Shown here: piece by piece, positions 9,563-25,500 of the stretch
Position numbering within the stretch: the stretch's first letter is position 1
How the letters are laid out: every line of letters begins with the position of its first letter
Assembly (NCBI GenBank): GCA_964016885.1
Contig: OZ024743.1
Span: 84,568,001 to 84,632,000, forward strand
DNA from: Eledone cirrhosa
Lineage: Eukaryota
Direction: 5' to 3'
Length of the DNA: 64,000 bases
Notes under the pieces: generated by a model
Databases searched by the model: none
Seen by the model: the letters and a program-made list of their open reading frames with translations, nothing else
Told to the model about the DNA's origin: nothing
Made by a program: the position numbers and the translations under genes

Positions 9563-12500
9563 TTCCCCTTCCTCACCAGTATAGTTCTCTATAATTCCTC
9601 CAATACAGTAAACTCCCTCCCCCTTCCTCACAACTATAGTTCTCTATAATTCCTCCAATACAGTAAACTCCCTCCCCCTTCCTCACCAGTATAGTTCTCT
9701 ATAATTCCTCCAATACAGTAAACTCCCTCCCCCTTCCTCACCACTATAGTTCTCTATAATTCCTCCAATACAGTAAACTCCCTCCCCCTTCCTCACCACT
9801 ATAGTTCTCTATAATTCCTCCAATACAGTAAACTCCCTCCCCCTTCCTCACAACTATAGTTCTCTATAATTCCTCCAATACAGTAAACTCCCTCCCCCTT
9901 CCTCACAACTATAGTTCTCTATAATTCCTCCAATACAGTAAACTCCCTCCCCCTTCCTCACCACTATAGTTCTCTATAATTCCTCCAATACAGTAAACTC
10001 CCTCCCCCTTCCTCACAACTATAGTTCTCTATAATTCCTCCAATACAGTAAACTCCCTCCCCCTTCCTCACCAGTATAGTTCTCTATAATTCCTCCAATA
10101 CAGTAAACTCCCTCCCCCTTCCTCACCACTATAGTTCTCTATAATTCCTCCAATACAGTAAACTCCCTCCCCCTTCCTCACCACTATAGTTCTCTATAAT
10201 TCCTCCAATACAGTAAACTCCCTCCCCCTTCCTCACCAGTATAGTTCTCTATAATTCCTCCAATACAGTAAACTCCCTCCCCCTTCCTCACCCATATAGT
10301 TCTCTATAATTCCTCCAATACAGTAAACTCCCTCCCCCTTCCTCACCACTATAGTTCTCTATAATTCCTCCAATACAGTAAACTCCCTCCCCCTTCCTCA
10401 CCAGTATAGTTCTCTATAATTCCTCCAATACAGTAAACTCCCTCCCCCTTCCTCACCACTATAGTTCTCTATAATTCCTCCAATACAGTAAACTCCCTCC
10501 CCCTTCCTCACCACTATAGTTCTCTATAATTCCTCCAATACAGTAAACTCCCTCCCCCTTCCTCACCACTATAGTTCTCTATAATTCCTCCAATACAGTA
10601 AACTCCCTCCCCCTTCCTCACCAGTATAGTTCTCTATAATTCCTCCAATACAGTAAACTCCCTCCCCCTTCCTCACCACTATAGTTCTCTATAATTCCTC
10701 CAATACAGTAAACTCCCTCCCCCTTTCTCACCACTATAGTTCTCTATAATTCCTCCAATACAGTAAACTCCCTCCCCCTTCCTCACAACTATAGTTCTCT
10801 ATAATTCCTCCAATACAGTAAACTCCCTCCCCCTTCCTCACCACTATAGTTCTCTATAATTCCTCCAATACAGTAAACTCCCTCCCCCTTCCTCACCACT
10901 ATAGTTCTCTATAATTCCTCCAATACAGTAAACTCCCTCCCCCTTCCTCACCACTATAGTTCTCTATAATTCCTCCAATACAGTAAACTCCCTCCCCCTT
11001 TCTCACCACTATAGTTCTCTATAATTCCTCCAATACAGTAAACTCCCTCCCCCTTCCTCACAACTATAGTTCTCTATAATTCCTCCAATACAGTAAACTC
11101 CCTCCCCCTTCCTCACCACTATAGTTCTCTATAATTCCTCCAATACAGTAAACTCCCTCCCCCTTCCTCACCACTATAGTTCTCTATAATTCCTCCAATA
11201 CAGTAAACTCCCTCCTCCTTCCTCACCACTATAGTTCTCTATAATTCCTCCAATACAGTAAACTCCCTCCCCCTTCCTCACCCGTATAGTTCTCTATAAT
11301 TCCTCCAATACAGTAAACTCCCTCCTCCTTCCTCACCACTATAGTTCTCTATAATTCCTCCAATACAGTAAACTCCCTCCCCCTTCCTCACCACTATAGT
11401 TCTCTATAATTCCTCCAATACAGTAAACTCCCTCCCCCTTCCTCACCAGTATAGTTCTCTATAATTCCTCCAATACAGTAAACTCCCTCCCCCTTCCTCA
11501 CCACTATAGTTCTCTATAATTCCTCCAATACAGTAAACTCCCTCCCCTTCCTCACCACTATAGTTCTCTATAATTCCTCCAATACAGTAAACTCCCTCCC
11601 CCCCTTCCTCAACCAGTATAGTTCTCTATAATTCCTCCAATACAGTAAAACTCCCTCCCCCTTCCTCACCACTATAGTTCTCTATAATTCCTCCAATACA
11701 GTAAACTCCCTCCCCCTTCCTCACCACTATAGTTCTCTATAATTCCTCCAATACAGTAAACTCCCTCCCCCTTCCTCACCACTATAGTTCTCTATAATTC
11801 CTCCAATACAGTAAACTCCCTCCCCCTTCCTCACCACTATAGTTCTCTATAATTCCTCTAATACAGTAAACTCCCTCCCCCTTCCTCACAACTATAGTTC
11901 TCTATAATTCCTCCAATACAGTAAACTCCCTCCCCCTTCCTCACCACTATAGTTCTCTATAATTCCTCCAATACAGTAAACTCCCTCCTCATTCCTCACC
12001 ACTATAGTTCTCTATAATTCCTCCAATACAGTAAACTCCCTCCCCCTTCCTCACCACTATAGTTCTCTATAATTCCTCCAATACAGTAAACTCCCTCCCC
12101 TTCCTCACCCATATAGTTCTCTATAATTCCTCCAATACAGTAAACTCCCTCCTCATTCCTCACCACTATAGTTCTCTATAATCCTCCAATACAGTAAACT
12201 CCCTCCCCCTTCCTCACCACTATAGTTCTCTATAATTCCTCCAATACAGTAAACTCCCTCCCCTTCCTCACCACTATAGTTCTCTATAATTCCTCCAATA
12301 CAGTAAACTCCCTCCTCCTTCCTCACCACTATAGTTCTCTATAATTCCTCCAATACAGTAAACTCCCTCCTCATTCCTCACCACTATAGTTCTCTATAAT
12401 TCCTCCAATACAGTAAACTCCCTCCCCCTTCCTCACCACTATAGTTCTCTATAATTCCTCCAATACAGTAAACTCCCTCCCCCTTCCTCACCACTATAGT

Positions 12501-15500
12501 TCTCTATAATTCCTCTAATACAGTAAACTCCCTCCCCCTTCCTCACCACTATAGTTCTCTATAATTCCTCCAATACAGTAAACTCCCTCCTCATTCCTCA
12601 CCACTATAGTTCTCTATAATTCCTCTAATACAGTAAACTCCCTCCCCTTCCTCACAACTATAGTTCTCTATAATTCCTCCAATACAGTAAACTCCCTCCC
12701 CCTTCCTCACCACTATAGTTCTCTATAATTCCTCCAATACAGTAAACTCCCTCCTCATTCCTCACCACTATAGTTCTCTATAATTCCTCCAATACAGTAA
12801 ACTCCCTCCCCCTTCCTCACCACTATAGTTCTCTATAATTCCTCTAATACAGTAAACTCCCTCCCCTTCCTCACCAGTATAGTTCTCTATAATTCCTCCA
12901 ATACAGTAAACTCCCTCCCCCTTCCTCACCACTATAGTTCTCTATAATTCCTCCAATACAGTAAACTCCCTCCTCATTCCTCACCACTATAGTTCTCTAT
13001 AATTCCTCTAATACAGTAAACTCCCTCCCCCTTCCTCACCAGTTATAGTTCTCTATAATTCCTCCAATACAGTAAACTCCCTCCCCCTTCCTCACCACTA
13101 TAGTTCTCTATAATCCTCCAATACAGTAAACTCCCTCCCCCTTCCTCACCACTATAGTTCTCTATAATTCCTCCAATACAGTAAACTCTCTCCCCCTTCC
13201 TCACCACTATAGTTCTCTATAATTCCTCCAATACAGTAAACTCCCTCCCCTTCCTCACCACTATAGTTCTCTATAATTCCTCCAATACAGTAAACTCTCT
13301 CCCCCTTCCTCACCACTATAGTTCTCTATAATTCCTCCAATACAGTAAACTCCCTCCCCCTTCCTCACCACTATAGTTCTCTATAATTCCTCTAATACAG
13401 TAAACTCCCTCCCCCTTCCTCACCACTATAGTTCTCTATAATTCCTCCAATACAGTAAACTCCCTCCTCATTCCTCACCACTATAGTTCTCTATAATTCC
13501 TCTATACAGTAAACTCCTCCCCCCCCTTCCTCACAACTATAGTTCTCTATAATTCCTCCAATACAGTAAACTCCCTCCCCCTTCCTCACCACTATAGTTC
13601 TCTATAATTCCTCCAATACAGTAAACTCCCTCCCCCTTCCTCACCACTATAGTTCTCTATAATTCCTCCAATACAGTAAACTCCCTCCCCTTCCTCACCA
13701 CTATAATTCTCTATAATTCCTCCAATACAGTAAACTCCCTCCCCCTTCCTCACCACATATAGTTCTCTATAATTCCTCCAATACAGTAAACTCCCTCCCC
13801 CTTTCTCACCACTATAGTTCTCTATAATTCCTCCAATACAGTAAACTCCCTCCCCCTTCCTCACCACTATAGTTCTCTATAATTCCTCCAATACAGTAAA
13901 CTCCCTCCCCCTTCCTCACCACTATAGTTCTCTATAATTCCTCCAATACAGTAAACTCCCTCCCCCTTCCTCACCACTATAGTTCTCTATAATTCCTCCA
14001 ATACAGTAAACTCCCTCCCCCTTCCTCACCCGTATAGTTCTCTATAATTCCTCCAATACAGTAAACTCCCTCCCCCTTCCTCACCACTATAGTTCTCTAT
14101 AATTCCTCCAATACAGTAAACTCCCTCCCCCTTCCTCACCACTATAGTTCTCTATAATTCCTCCAATACAGTAAACTCCCTCCCCCTTCCTCACCCATAT
14201 AGTTCTCTATAATTCCTCCAATACAGTAAACTCCCTCCCCCTTTCTCACCACTATAGTTCTCTATAATTCCTCCAATACAGTAAACTCCCTCCCCCTTCT
14301 CTCACCACTATAGTTCTCTATAATTCCTCCAATACAGTAAACTCCCTCCCCCTTCCTCACCACTATAGTTCTCTATAATTCCTCCAATACAGTAAACTCC
14401 CTCCCCCTTTCTCACCAGTATAGTTCTCTATAATTCCTCCAATACAGTAAACTCCCTCCCCCTTCCTCACCACTATAGTTCTCTATAATTCCTCCAATAC
14501 AGTAAACTCCCTCCCCCTTCTCACCACTATAGTTCTCTATAATTCCTCCAATACAGTAAACTCCCTCCTCATTCCTCACCACTATAGTTCTCTATAATTC
14601 CTCCAATACAGTAAACTCCCTCCCCCTTCCTCACCAGTATAGTTCTCTATAATTCCTCCAATACAGTAAACTCCCTCCCCCTTCCTCACCACTATAGTTC
14701 TCTATAATTCCTCCAATACAGTAAACTCCCTCCCCCTTCCTCACCAGTATAGTTCTCTATAATTCCTCCAATACAGTAAACTCCCTCCCCCTTCCTCACC
14801 ACTATAGTTCTCTATAATTCCTCTAATACAGTAAACTCCCTCCCCCTTTCTCACCACTATAGTTCTCTATAATTCCTCCAATACAGTAAACTCCCTCCCC
14901 CTTCCTCACCACTATAGTTCTCTATAATTCCTCCAATACAGTAAACTCCCTCCCCCTTCCTCACCACTATAGTTCTCTATAATTCCTCCAATACAGTAAA
15001 CTCCTCCCCCTTCCTCACCACTATAGTTCTCTATAATTCCTCCAATACAGTAAACTCCCTCCCCCTTTCTCACCACTATAGTTCTCTATAATTCCTCCAA
15101 TACAGTAAACTCCCTCCCCCTTTCTCACCACTATAGTTCTCTATAATTCCTCCAATACAGTAAACTCCCTCCCCCTTTCTCACCACTATAGTTCTCTATA
15201 ATTCCTCCAATACAGTAAACTCCCTCCCCCTTTCTCACCACTATAGTTCTCTATAATTCCTCCAATACAGTAAACTCCCTCCCCCTTTCTCACCACTATA
15301 GTTCTCTATAATTCCTCCAATACAGTAAACTCCCTCCTCCTTCCTCACAGTATAGTTCTCTATAATTCCTCCAATACAGTAAACTCCCTCCCCCTTTCTC
15401 ACCACTATAGTTCTCTATAATTCCTCCAATACAGTAAACTCCCTCCCCCTTTCTCACCACTATAGTTCTCTATAATTCCTCAATACAGTAAACTCCCTCC

Positions 15501-18500
15501 CCCTTTCTCACCACTATAGTTCTCTATAATTCCTCCAATACAGTAAACTCCCTCCCCCTTTCTCACCACTATAGTTCTCTATAATTCCTCCAATACAGTA
15601 AACTCCCTCCCCCTTCCTCACCACTATAGTTCTCTATAATTCCTCCAATACAGTAAACTCCCTCCTCCTTCCTCACCAGTATAGTTCTCTATAATTCCTC
15701 CAATACAGTAAACTCCCTTCCCCTTTCTCACCCATATAGTTCTCTATAATTCCTCCAATACAGTAAACTCCCTCCCCCTTTCTCACCACTATAGTTCTCT
15801 ATAATTCCTCCAATACAGTAAACTCCCTCCCCCTTTCTCACCACTATAGTTCTCTATAATTCCTCCAATACAGTAAACTCCCTCCCCCTTTCTCACCCAT
15901 ATAGTTCTCTATAATTCCTCCAATACAGTAAACTCCCTCCCCCTTCTCACCACTATAGTTCTCTATAATTCCTCCAATACAGTAAACTCCCTCCCCCTTT
16001 CTCACCACTATAGTTCTCTATAATTCCTCCAATACAGTAAACTCCCTCCCCCTTTCTCACCACTATAGTTCTCTATAATTCCTCCAATACAGTAAACTCC
16101 TCCTCCTTCCTCACCAGTATAGTTCTCTATAATTCCTCCAATACAGTAAACTCCCTCCCCCTTTCTCACCACTATAGTTCTCTATAATTCCTCCAATACA
16201 GTAAACTCCCTCCCCCTTTCTCACCACTATAGTTCTCTATAATTCCTCCAATACAGTAAACTCCCTCCCCCTTTCTCACCACTATAGTTCTCTATAATCC
16301 TCCAATACAGTAAACTCCCTCCCCCTTTCTCACCACTATAGTTCTCTATAATTCCTCCAATACAGTAAACTCCCTCCCCTTCCTCACCACTATAGTTCTC
16401 TATAATTCCTCCAATACAGTAAACTCCCTCCTCCTTCCTCACCAGTATAGTTCTCTATAATTCCTCCAATACAGTAAACTCCCTTCCCCTTTCTCACCCA
16501 TATAGTTCTCTATAATTCCTCCAATACAGTAAACTCCCTCCCCCTTTCTCACCCATATAGTTCTCTATAATTCCTCCAATACAGTAAACTCCCTCCCCCT
16601 TTCTCACCACTATAGTTCTCTATAATTCCTCCAATACAGTAAACTCCCTCCCCCTTTCTCACCCATATAGTTCTCTATAATTCCTCCAATACAGTAAACT
16701 CCCTCCCCCTTTCTCACCCATATAGTTCTCTATAATTCCTCAATACAGTAAACTCCCTCCCCCTTCCTCACCACTATAGTTCTCTATAATTCCTCCAATA
16801 CAGTAAACTCCCTCCCCCTTCCTCACCCGTATAGTTCTCTATAATTCCTCCAATACAGTAAACTCCCTCCCCCTTCCTCACCACTATAGTTCTCTATAAT
16901 TCCTCCAATACAGTAAACTCCCTCCCCCTTCCTCACCCGTATAGTTCTCTATAATTCCTCCAATACAGTAAACTCCCTCCCCTTTCTCACCCATATAGTT
17001 CTCTATAATTCCTCCAATACAGTAAACTCCCTCCCCCTTCCTCACCACTATAGTTCTCTATAATTCCTCCAATACAGTAAACTCCCTCCCCCTTCCTCAC
17101 CACTATAGTTCTCTATAATTCCTCCAATACAGTAAACTCCCTCCCCCTTCCTCACCCGTATAGTTCTCTATAATTCCTCCAATACAGTAAACTCCCTCCC
17201 CCTTCCTCACCCGTATAGTTCTCTATAATTCCTCCAATACAGTAAACTCCCTCCCCCTTTCTCACCCATATAGTTCTCTATAATTCCTCCAATACAGTAA
17301 ACTCCCTCCCCCTTCCTCACCCGTATAGTTCTCTATAATTCCTCCAATACAGTAAACTCCCTCCCCCTTTCTCACCACTATAGTTCTCTATAATTCCTCC
17401 AATACAGTAAACTCCCTCCCCCTTCCTCACCCGTATAGTTCTCTATAATTCCTCCAATACAGTAAACTCCCTCCCCCTTTCTCACCCGTATAGTTCTCTA
17501 TAATTCCTCCCAATACAGTAAACTCCCTCCCCCTTCTCACCCATATAGTTCTCTATAATTCCTCCAATACAGTAAACTCCTCCCCCTTCCTCACCCATAT
17601 AGTTCTCTATAATTCCTCCAATACAGTAAACTCCCTCCCCCTTTCTCACCCATATAGTTCTCTATAATTCCTCCAATTCAGTAAACTCCCTCCCCCTTCC
17701 TCACCACTATAGTTCTCTATAATTCCTCCAATACAGTAAACTCCCTCCCCCTTTCTCACCACTATAGTTCTCTATAATTCCTCCAATACAGTAAACTCCC
17801 TCCCCCTTCCTCACCACTATAGTTCTCTATAATTCCTCCAATACAGTAAACTCCCTCCCCCTTCCTCACCCATATAGTTCTCTATAATTCCTCCAATACA
17901 GTAAACTCCCTCCCCCTTCCTCACCACTATAGTTCTATATAATTCCTCCAATACAGTAAACTCCCTCCCCCTTCCTCACCCATATAGTTCTCTATAATTC
18001 CTCCAATACAGTAAACTCCCTCCCCCTTTCTCACCCATATAGTTCTCTATAATTCCTCCAATTCAGTAAACTCCCTCCCCCTTCCTCACCACTATAGTTC
18101 TCTATAATTCCTCCAATACAGTAAACTCCCTCCCCCTTTCTCACCACTATAGTTCTCTATAATTCCTCCAATACAGTAAACTCCCTCCCCCTTCCTCACC
18201 ACTATAGTTCTCTATAATTCCTCCAATACAGTAAACTCCCTCCCCCTTCCTCACCACTATAGTTCTCTATAATTCCTCCAATACAGTAAACTCCCTCCCC
18301 CTTCCTCACCCATATAGTTCTCTATAATTCCTCCAATACAGTAAACTCCCTCCCCCTTCCTCACCACTATAGTTCTCTATAATTCCTCCAATACAGTAAA
18401 CTCCCTCCCCCTTCCTCACCCATATAGTTCTCTATAATTCCTCCAATACAGTAAACTCCCTCCCCCTTCCTCACCACTATAGTTCTCTATAATTCCTCCA

Positions 18501-18965
18501 ATACAGTAAACTCCCTCCCCCTTTCTCACCCATATAGTTCTCTATAATTCCTCCAATACAGTAAACTCCCTCCCCCTTTCTCACCCATATAGTTCTCTAT
18601 AATTCCTCCAATACAGTAAACTCCCTCCCCCTTTCTCACCCGTATAGTTCTCTATAATTCCTCCAATTCAGTAAACTCCCTCCCCCTTCCTCACCACTAT
18701 AGTTCTCTATAATTCCTCCAATACAGTAAACTCCCTCCCCCTTCCTCACCACTATAGTTCTCTATAATTCCTCCAATACAGTAAACTCCCTCCCCCTTCC
18801 TCACCACTATAGTTCTCTATAATTCCTCCAATACAGTAAACTCCCTCCTCCTTCCTCACCACTATAGTTCTCTATAATTCCTCCAATACTGTAAACAACT
18901 CACACACACCCCCCTCTCCTCATCACCACTATACTTCTCTAATAACTCTTCTGATACTGTAAACA
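9563..18965. repeat. 55-bp satellite, ~170 copies
   Basis: Unit ATAGTTCTCTATAATTCCTCCAATACAGTAAACTCCCTCCCCCTTCCTCACCACT (period 9581->9636); diverged terminal unit at ~18910-18965. Confidence 0.99.
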
Positions 18966-19083
18966 AAAATGTTGAGATTTTGGGACTGACACTTATCATC
19001 AATAGAAAATTCCCTGTCAGAAGTTTTACAGTTGAATTGAAGAACAGTAATTAGTCGGTCCTGAATTAACTACAGCACTTGAC

Positions 19084-19087
<4 letters not shown>

Positions 19088-19170
<83 letters not shown>
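19088..19170. repeat. (CT)n microsatellite
   Basis: ~40 CT units. Confidence 0.99.
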
Positions 19171-19172
<2 letters not shown>

Positions 19173-19514
19173 ATTCTTCCCCTCGTGCTATCTCTCTCAT
19201 ATTCTCTTTCTAACTCCCCCCCCTCTCTCTCTAATACTACTTTGCTTTGGAAACACAAACACTTCAAAACACTGCTGTAAAATATGATAATTGTGCTGGC
19301 TCCACGGGTTCTCTGTGTGTATGCATATCTATGTTTGCATGGCGTGTGTGGTGTATGAATGTGGATTTGTGTGTATGTGTGTCTTTGTGGTGTGTCTGTG
19401 TCTATGTGGTATCTGTCTGTGTGTGTGTGTTACAACAACATCCTCGAACCATTCCATGAAGGCGCCTCTATCTTGTTATATGACTTGCTAAAAATAGCAG
19501 ACAAATTTTCCTCT

Positions 19515-22500
19515 AGTCACACACTACACTATATCTCAAAGGACACACATAATACTGCACTGTGTCACACATAATAAATATTACAGAACAATACTACACT
19601 ATATCACACACAACACTACACTATATCACACACAACACTACAATATATCACACACAACACTACACTATATCACACACAACACTACACTATATCACACACA
19701 ACACTACAGTATATCACACAAAACACTACACTATATCACACACAACACTACACTATATTACACACTACACTACACTATATCACACACGACACTACACTAT
19801 ATCACACGCAACACTACACTATATCACACGCAACACTACACTATATCACACACAACACTACACTATATCACACACAACACTACACTATATCACACACAAC
19901 ACTACACTATATCACACACAACACTACAATATATCACACACGACACTACACTATATCACACGCAACACTACACTATATCACACGCAACACTACACTATAT
20001 CTCACACTACACTACACTATATCACACACTACACTATACTACCTCACACACTACACTACACCACACACAACACTACACTATATCACACACAACACTACAC
20101 TATATCACACACTACACTATATCACACACAACACTACACTATATCACACACAACACTACACTATATCAAACACAACACTACACTATATCACACACAACAC
20201 TACACTGTATCACACACAACACTACAGTATATCACACAAAACACTACACTATATCACACGCAACACTACACTATATCACACGCAACACTACACTATATTA
20301 CACACTACACTATACTATATTACACACAACACTACACTATATTACACACAGCACTACACTATATCACACACAACACTACACTATATCACACACTACACTA
20401 CACTATATCAAACACAACACTACACTATATCACACACTATACCACACTATATCACACACAACACTACACTATATTACACACTACATTACACTATATTACA
20501 CACAACACTACACTATATCACACACAACCCTACACTATATCACACACAACACTACACTATATGACACACAACACTACACTATGTGACACACAACACTACA
20601 CTATATCATATCACTACACTACACTATTATTACACACTACACTATATCACACACTACACTACACTATATCACACACTACACTATATTACACATTACACTA
20701 TATCACACACAACACTACACTATATCACACACTACACTATATCACACACAACAATACACTATATTACACACAACACTACACTATGTTACACACAACACTG
20801 AACTATATCACACACATCAGTACAGTATATCATATCACTACACTATATTACACACAACACTACACTATGTTACACACAACACTACACTATATCACACACT
20901 ACACTACACTATATCACACACTACACTACACTATATCACACACTACACTACACTAGATTACACACTACACTACACTACACACAACACTACACTATATGAC
21001 ACACAACACTACACTATATGACACACTACACTACACTATATCACACACTACACTACACTATATTACACACTACACTACACCACACACACCACTACACTAT
21101 ATCACACACTACACTACACTATATCACACACTACACTACACTATATCACACAAAACACTACACTATATTACACACTACACTACACTATATTACAAACTAC
21201 ACTACACTATATTACACACTACACTACACTATATTAGAAACAACACTACACTATATTACACACTACACTACACTATATTACACACAACACTAAACTATAT
21301 CATACACATCACTACAGTATATTACACACTACACTATATCACACACTACACTATATCACACACTTCACTACACTATATCACACAGAACACTACACTATAT
21401 CACACACAACACTACACTAAATCACACACAACACTACACTATATCGCACACAACACTACACTATATCACACACAACACTACACTATATTACACACTATAC
21501 TACACTATATCACACACTACACTACATCATATCACACACAACACTACACTCTATTATACACTACACTACACTATATTACACACAGAACTACACTATATCA
21601 CACACAACACTACACTATATTACACACTATATTACACACTATACTACACTATATTACATACTATACTATATCAAACACAGCACTACACTATATGACACAC
21701 AACACTACACTATGTGACACACAACACTACACTATATCATATCACTACACTATATCACACACTACGCTACACTATATTACACACTACACTATATCACACA
21801 CTACACTACACTATATCACACGCAACACTACACTATATTACACGCAACACTACACTATATCACACACTACACTACACTATATCACACACTACACTACACC
21901 ACACACTACACTACACTATATCACACACAACACTATGCAATATCACACATAACACTACACTATATGACACACTACACTACACTATATCACACACTACACT
22001 ACACTATATCACACACAACACTACACTATATCACACACTACACTACACTATATCACACACAACACTACATTATAACACACACAACACTACACTATATCAT
22101 ATCACTACACTATATCTCACACTACATTACACTATATTACACACTATACTATATCACACACAACACTACACTATATGACACACTACACTACACTATATCA
22201 CACACAACACTACACTATATCACACACAACACTACACTATATTACACACTACACTACACTATATTACACACAACACTACACTATATGACACACAACACAA
22301 CACTATATGACACACAACACTACACTATATGACACACAACACTACACTATATGACACACTATACTACATTATATCACACACTACACTATATTACACACTA
22401 CACTACACTATATTACACACTACACTATATCACACACAACACTACACTATATCACCCACTACACTACACTATATCACACACAACACTACACTATATTACA

Positions 22501-25500
22501 CACTACACTACACTATATGACACACAAGACTACACTATATGACACACAACACTACACTATGTGACACACAACACTACACTATATCATATCACTACACTAC
22601 ACTATATTACACACTACACTATATCACACACTACACTACACTATATCACACACTACACTATATTACACGTTACACTATATCACACACAACACTACACTAT
22701 ATCACACACAACACTACACTATATTACACACAACACTAAACTATATCACACACATCACTACAGTATATCATATCACTACACTATATTACACACTATACTA
22801 CACTATATTACACACTACACTGCACTATATCACACACTACACTACACTATATCTCACACAACACAACACTACACTATAACACACACAACACTACACTATA
22901 TTACACACAACACTACACTATGTTACACACAACACTACACTATATCACACACTACACTACACTATATCACACACTACACTACACTATATCACACACTACA
23001 CTACACTAGATTACACACTACACTACACTACACTACACACAACACTACACTATATGACACACAACACTACACTATATGACACACTACACTACACTATATC
23101 ACACACTACACTATATCACACAAAACACTACACTATATTACACACTACACTACACTATATTACAAACTACACTACACTATATTACACACTACACTACACT
23201 ATATTACAAACAACGCTACACTATATTACACACTACACTACACTATATTACACACAACACTAAACTATATCACACACATCACTACAGTATATCACACACT
23301 ACACTACACTATATCACACACTACACTATATCACACACTTCACTACACTATATCACACACAACACTACACTATATCACACACAACACTACACTAAATCAC
23401 ACACAACACTACACTATATCGCACACAACACTACACTATATCACACACAACACTACACTATATTACACACTATACTACACTATATCACACACTACACTAC
23501 ATCATATCACACACAACACTACACTCTATTATACACTACACTACACTATATTACACACAGAACTACACTATATCACACACAACACTATACTATATTACAC
23601 ACTATATTACACACTATACTACACTATATTACATACTATACTATATCACACACATACTACACTATATGACACACAACACTACACTATGTGACACACAACA
23701 CTACACTATATCATATCACTACACTATATCACACACTACGCTACACTATATTACACACTACACTATATCACACACTACACTACACTATATCACACGCAAC
23801 ACTACACTATATCACACACTACACTACACTATATCACACACAACACTACATTATAACACACACAACACTACACTATATCATATAACTACACTATATCTCA
23901 CACTACATTACACTATATTACACACTATACTATATCACACACAACACTACACTATATGACACACTACACTACACTATATCACACACAACACTACACTATA
24001 TTACACACTACACTACACTATATTACACACAACACTACACTATATGACACACAACACAACACTATATGACACACAACACAACACTATATGACACACAACA
24101 CTACACTATATGATACACAACACTACACTATATGACACACTATACTACATTATATCACACACTACACTATATTACACACTACACTACACTATATTACACA
24201 CTACACTATATCACACACAACACTACACTATATCACCCACAACACTACACTATATCACACACAACAGTACACTATATTACACACAACACTACACGATATT
24301 ACACACTACACTACACTATATGACACACAACACTACACTATATGACACACAACACTACACTATGTGACACACAACACTACACTATATCATATCACTACAC
24401 TACACTATATTACACACTACACTATATCACACACTACACTACACTATATCACACACTACACTATATTACACATTACACTATATCACACACAACACTACAC
24501 TATATCATACACAACAATACACTATATTACACACAACACTACACTATATTACACACAACACTAAACTATATCACACACAACACTAAACTATATCACAAAC
24601 ATCACTACAGTATATCATATCACTACACTATATTACACACTATACTACACTATATTACACACTACACTGCACTATATCACACACTACACTACACTATATA
24701 TCACACAACACAACACTTTATTACACACAACACTACACTATATCGCACACTACACTACACTATATCACACACTACACTACACTATATCACACACTACACT
24801 ACACCACACACAACACTACACTATATTACACGCAACACTACACTATATCGCACACTACACTACACTATATCACACACTACACTACACTATATCACACACT
24901 ACACTACACCACACACTACACTACACTATATCACACACAACACTACGCAATATCACACATAACACTACACTATATGACACACTACACTACACTATATCAC
25001 ACACTACACTACACTATATCACACACTACACTACACTAGATTACACACTACACTACCCTACACTACACACAACACTACACTATATGACACACAACACTAC
25101 ACTATATGACACACTACACTATATCACACACTACACTATATCACACAAAACACTACACTATATTACACACTACACTACACTATATTACAAACTACACTAC
25201 ACTATATTACACACTACACTACACTATATTACAAACAACGCTACACTATATTACACACTACACTACACTATATTACACACAACACTAAACTATATCACAC
25301 ACATCACTACAGTATATCACACACTACACTACACTATATCACACACTACACTATATCACACACTTCACTACACTATATCACACACAACACTACACTATAT
25401 CACACACAACACTACACTAAATCACACACAACACTACACTATATCGCACACAACACTACACTATATCACACACAACACTACACTATATTACACACTATAC

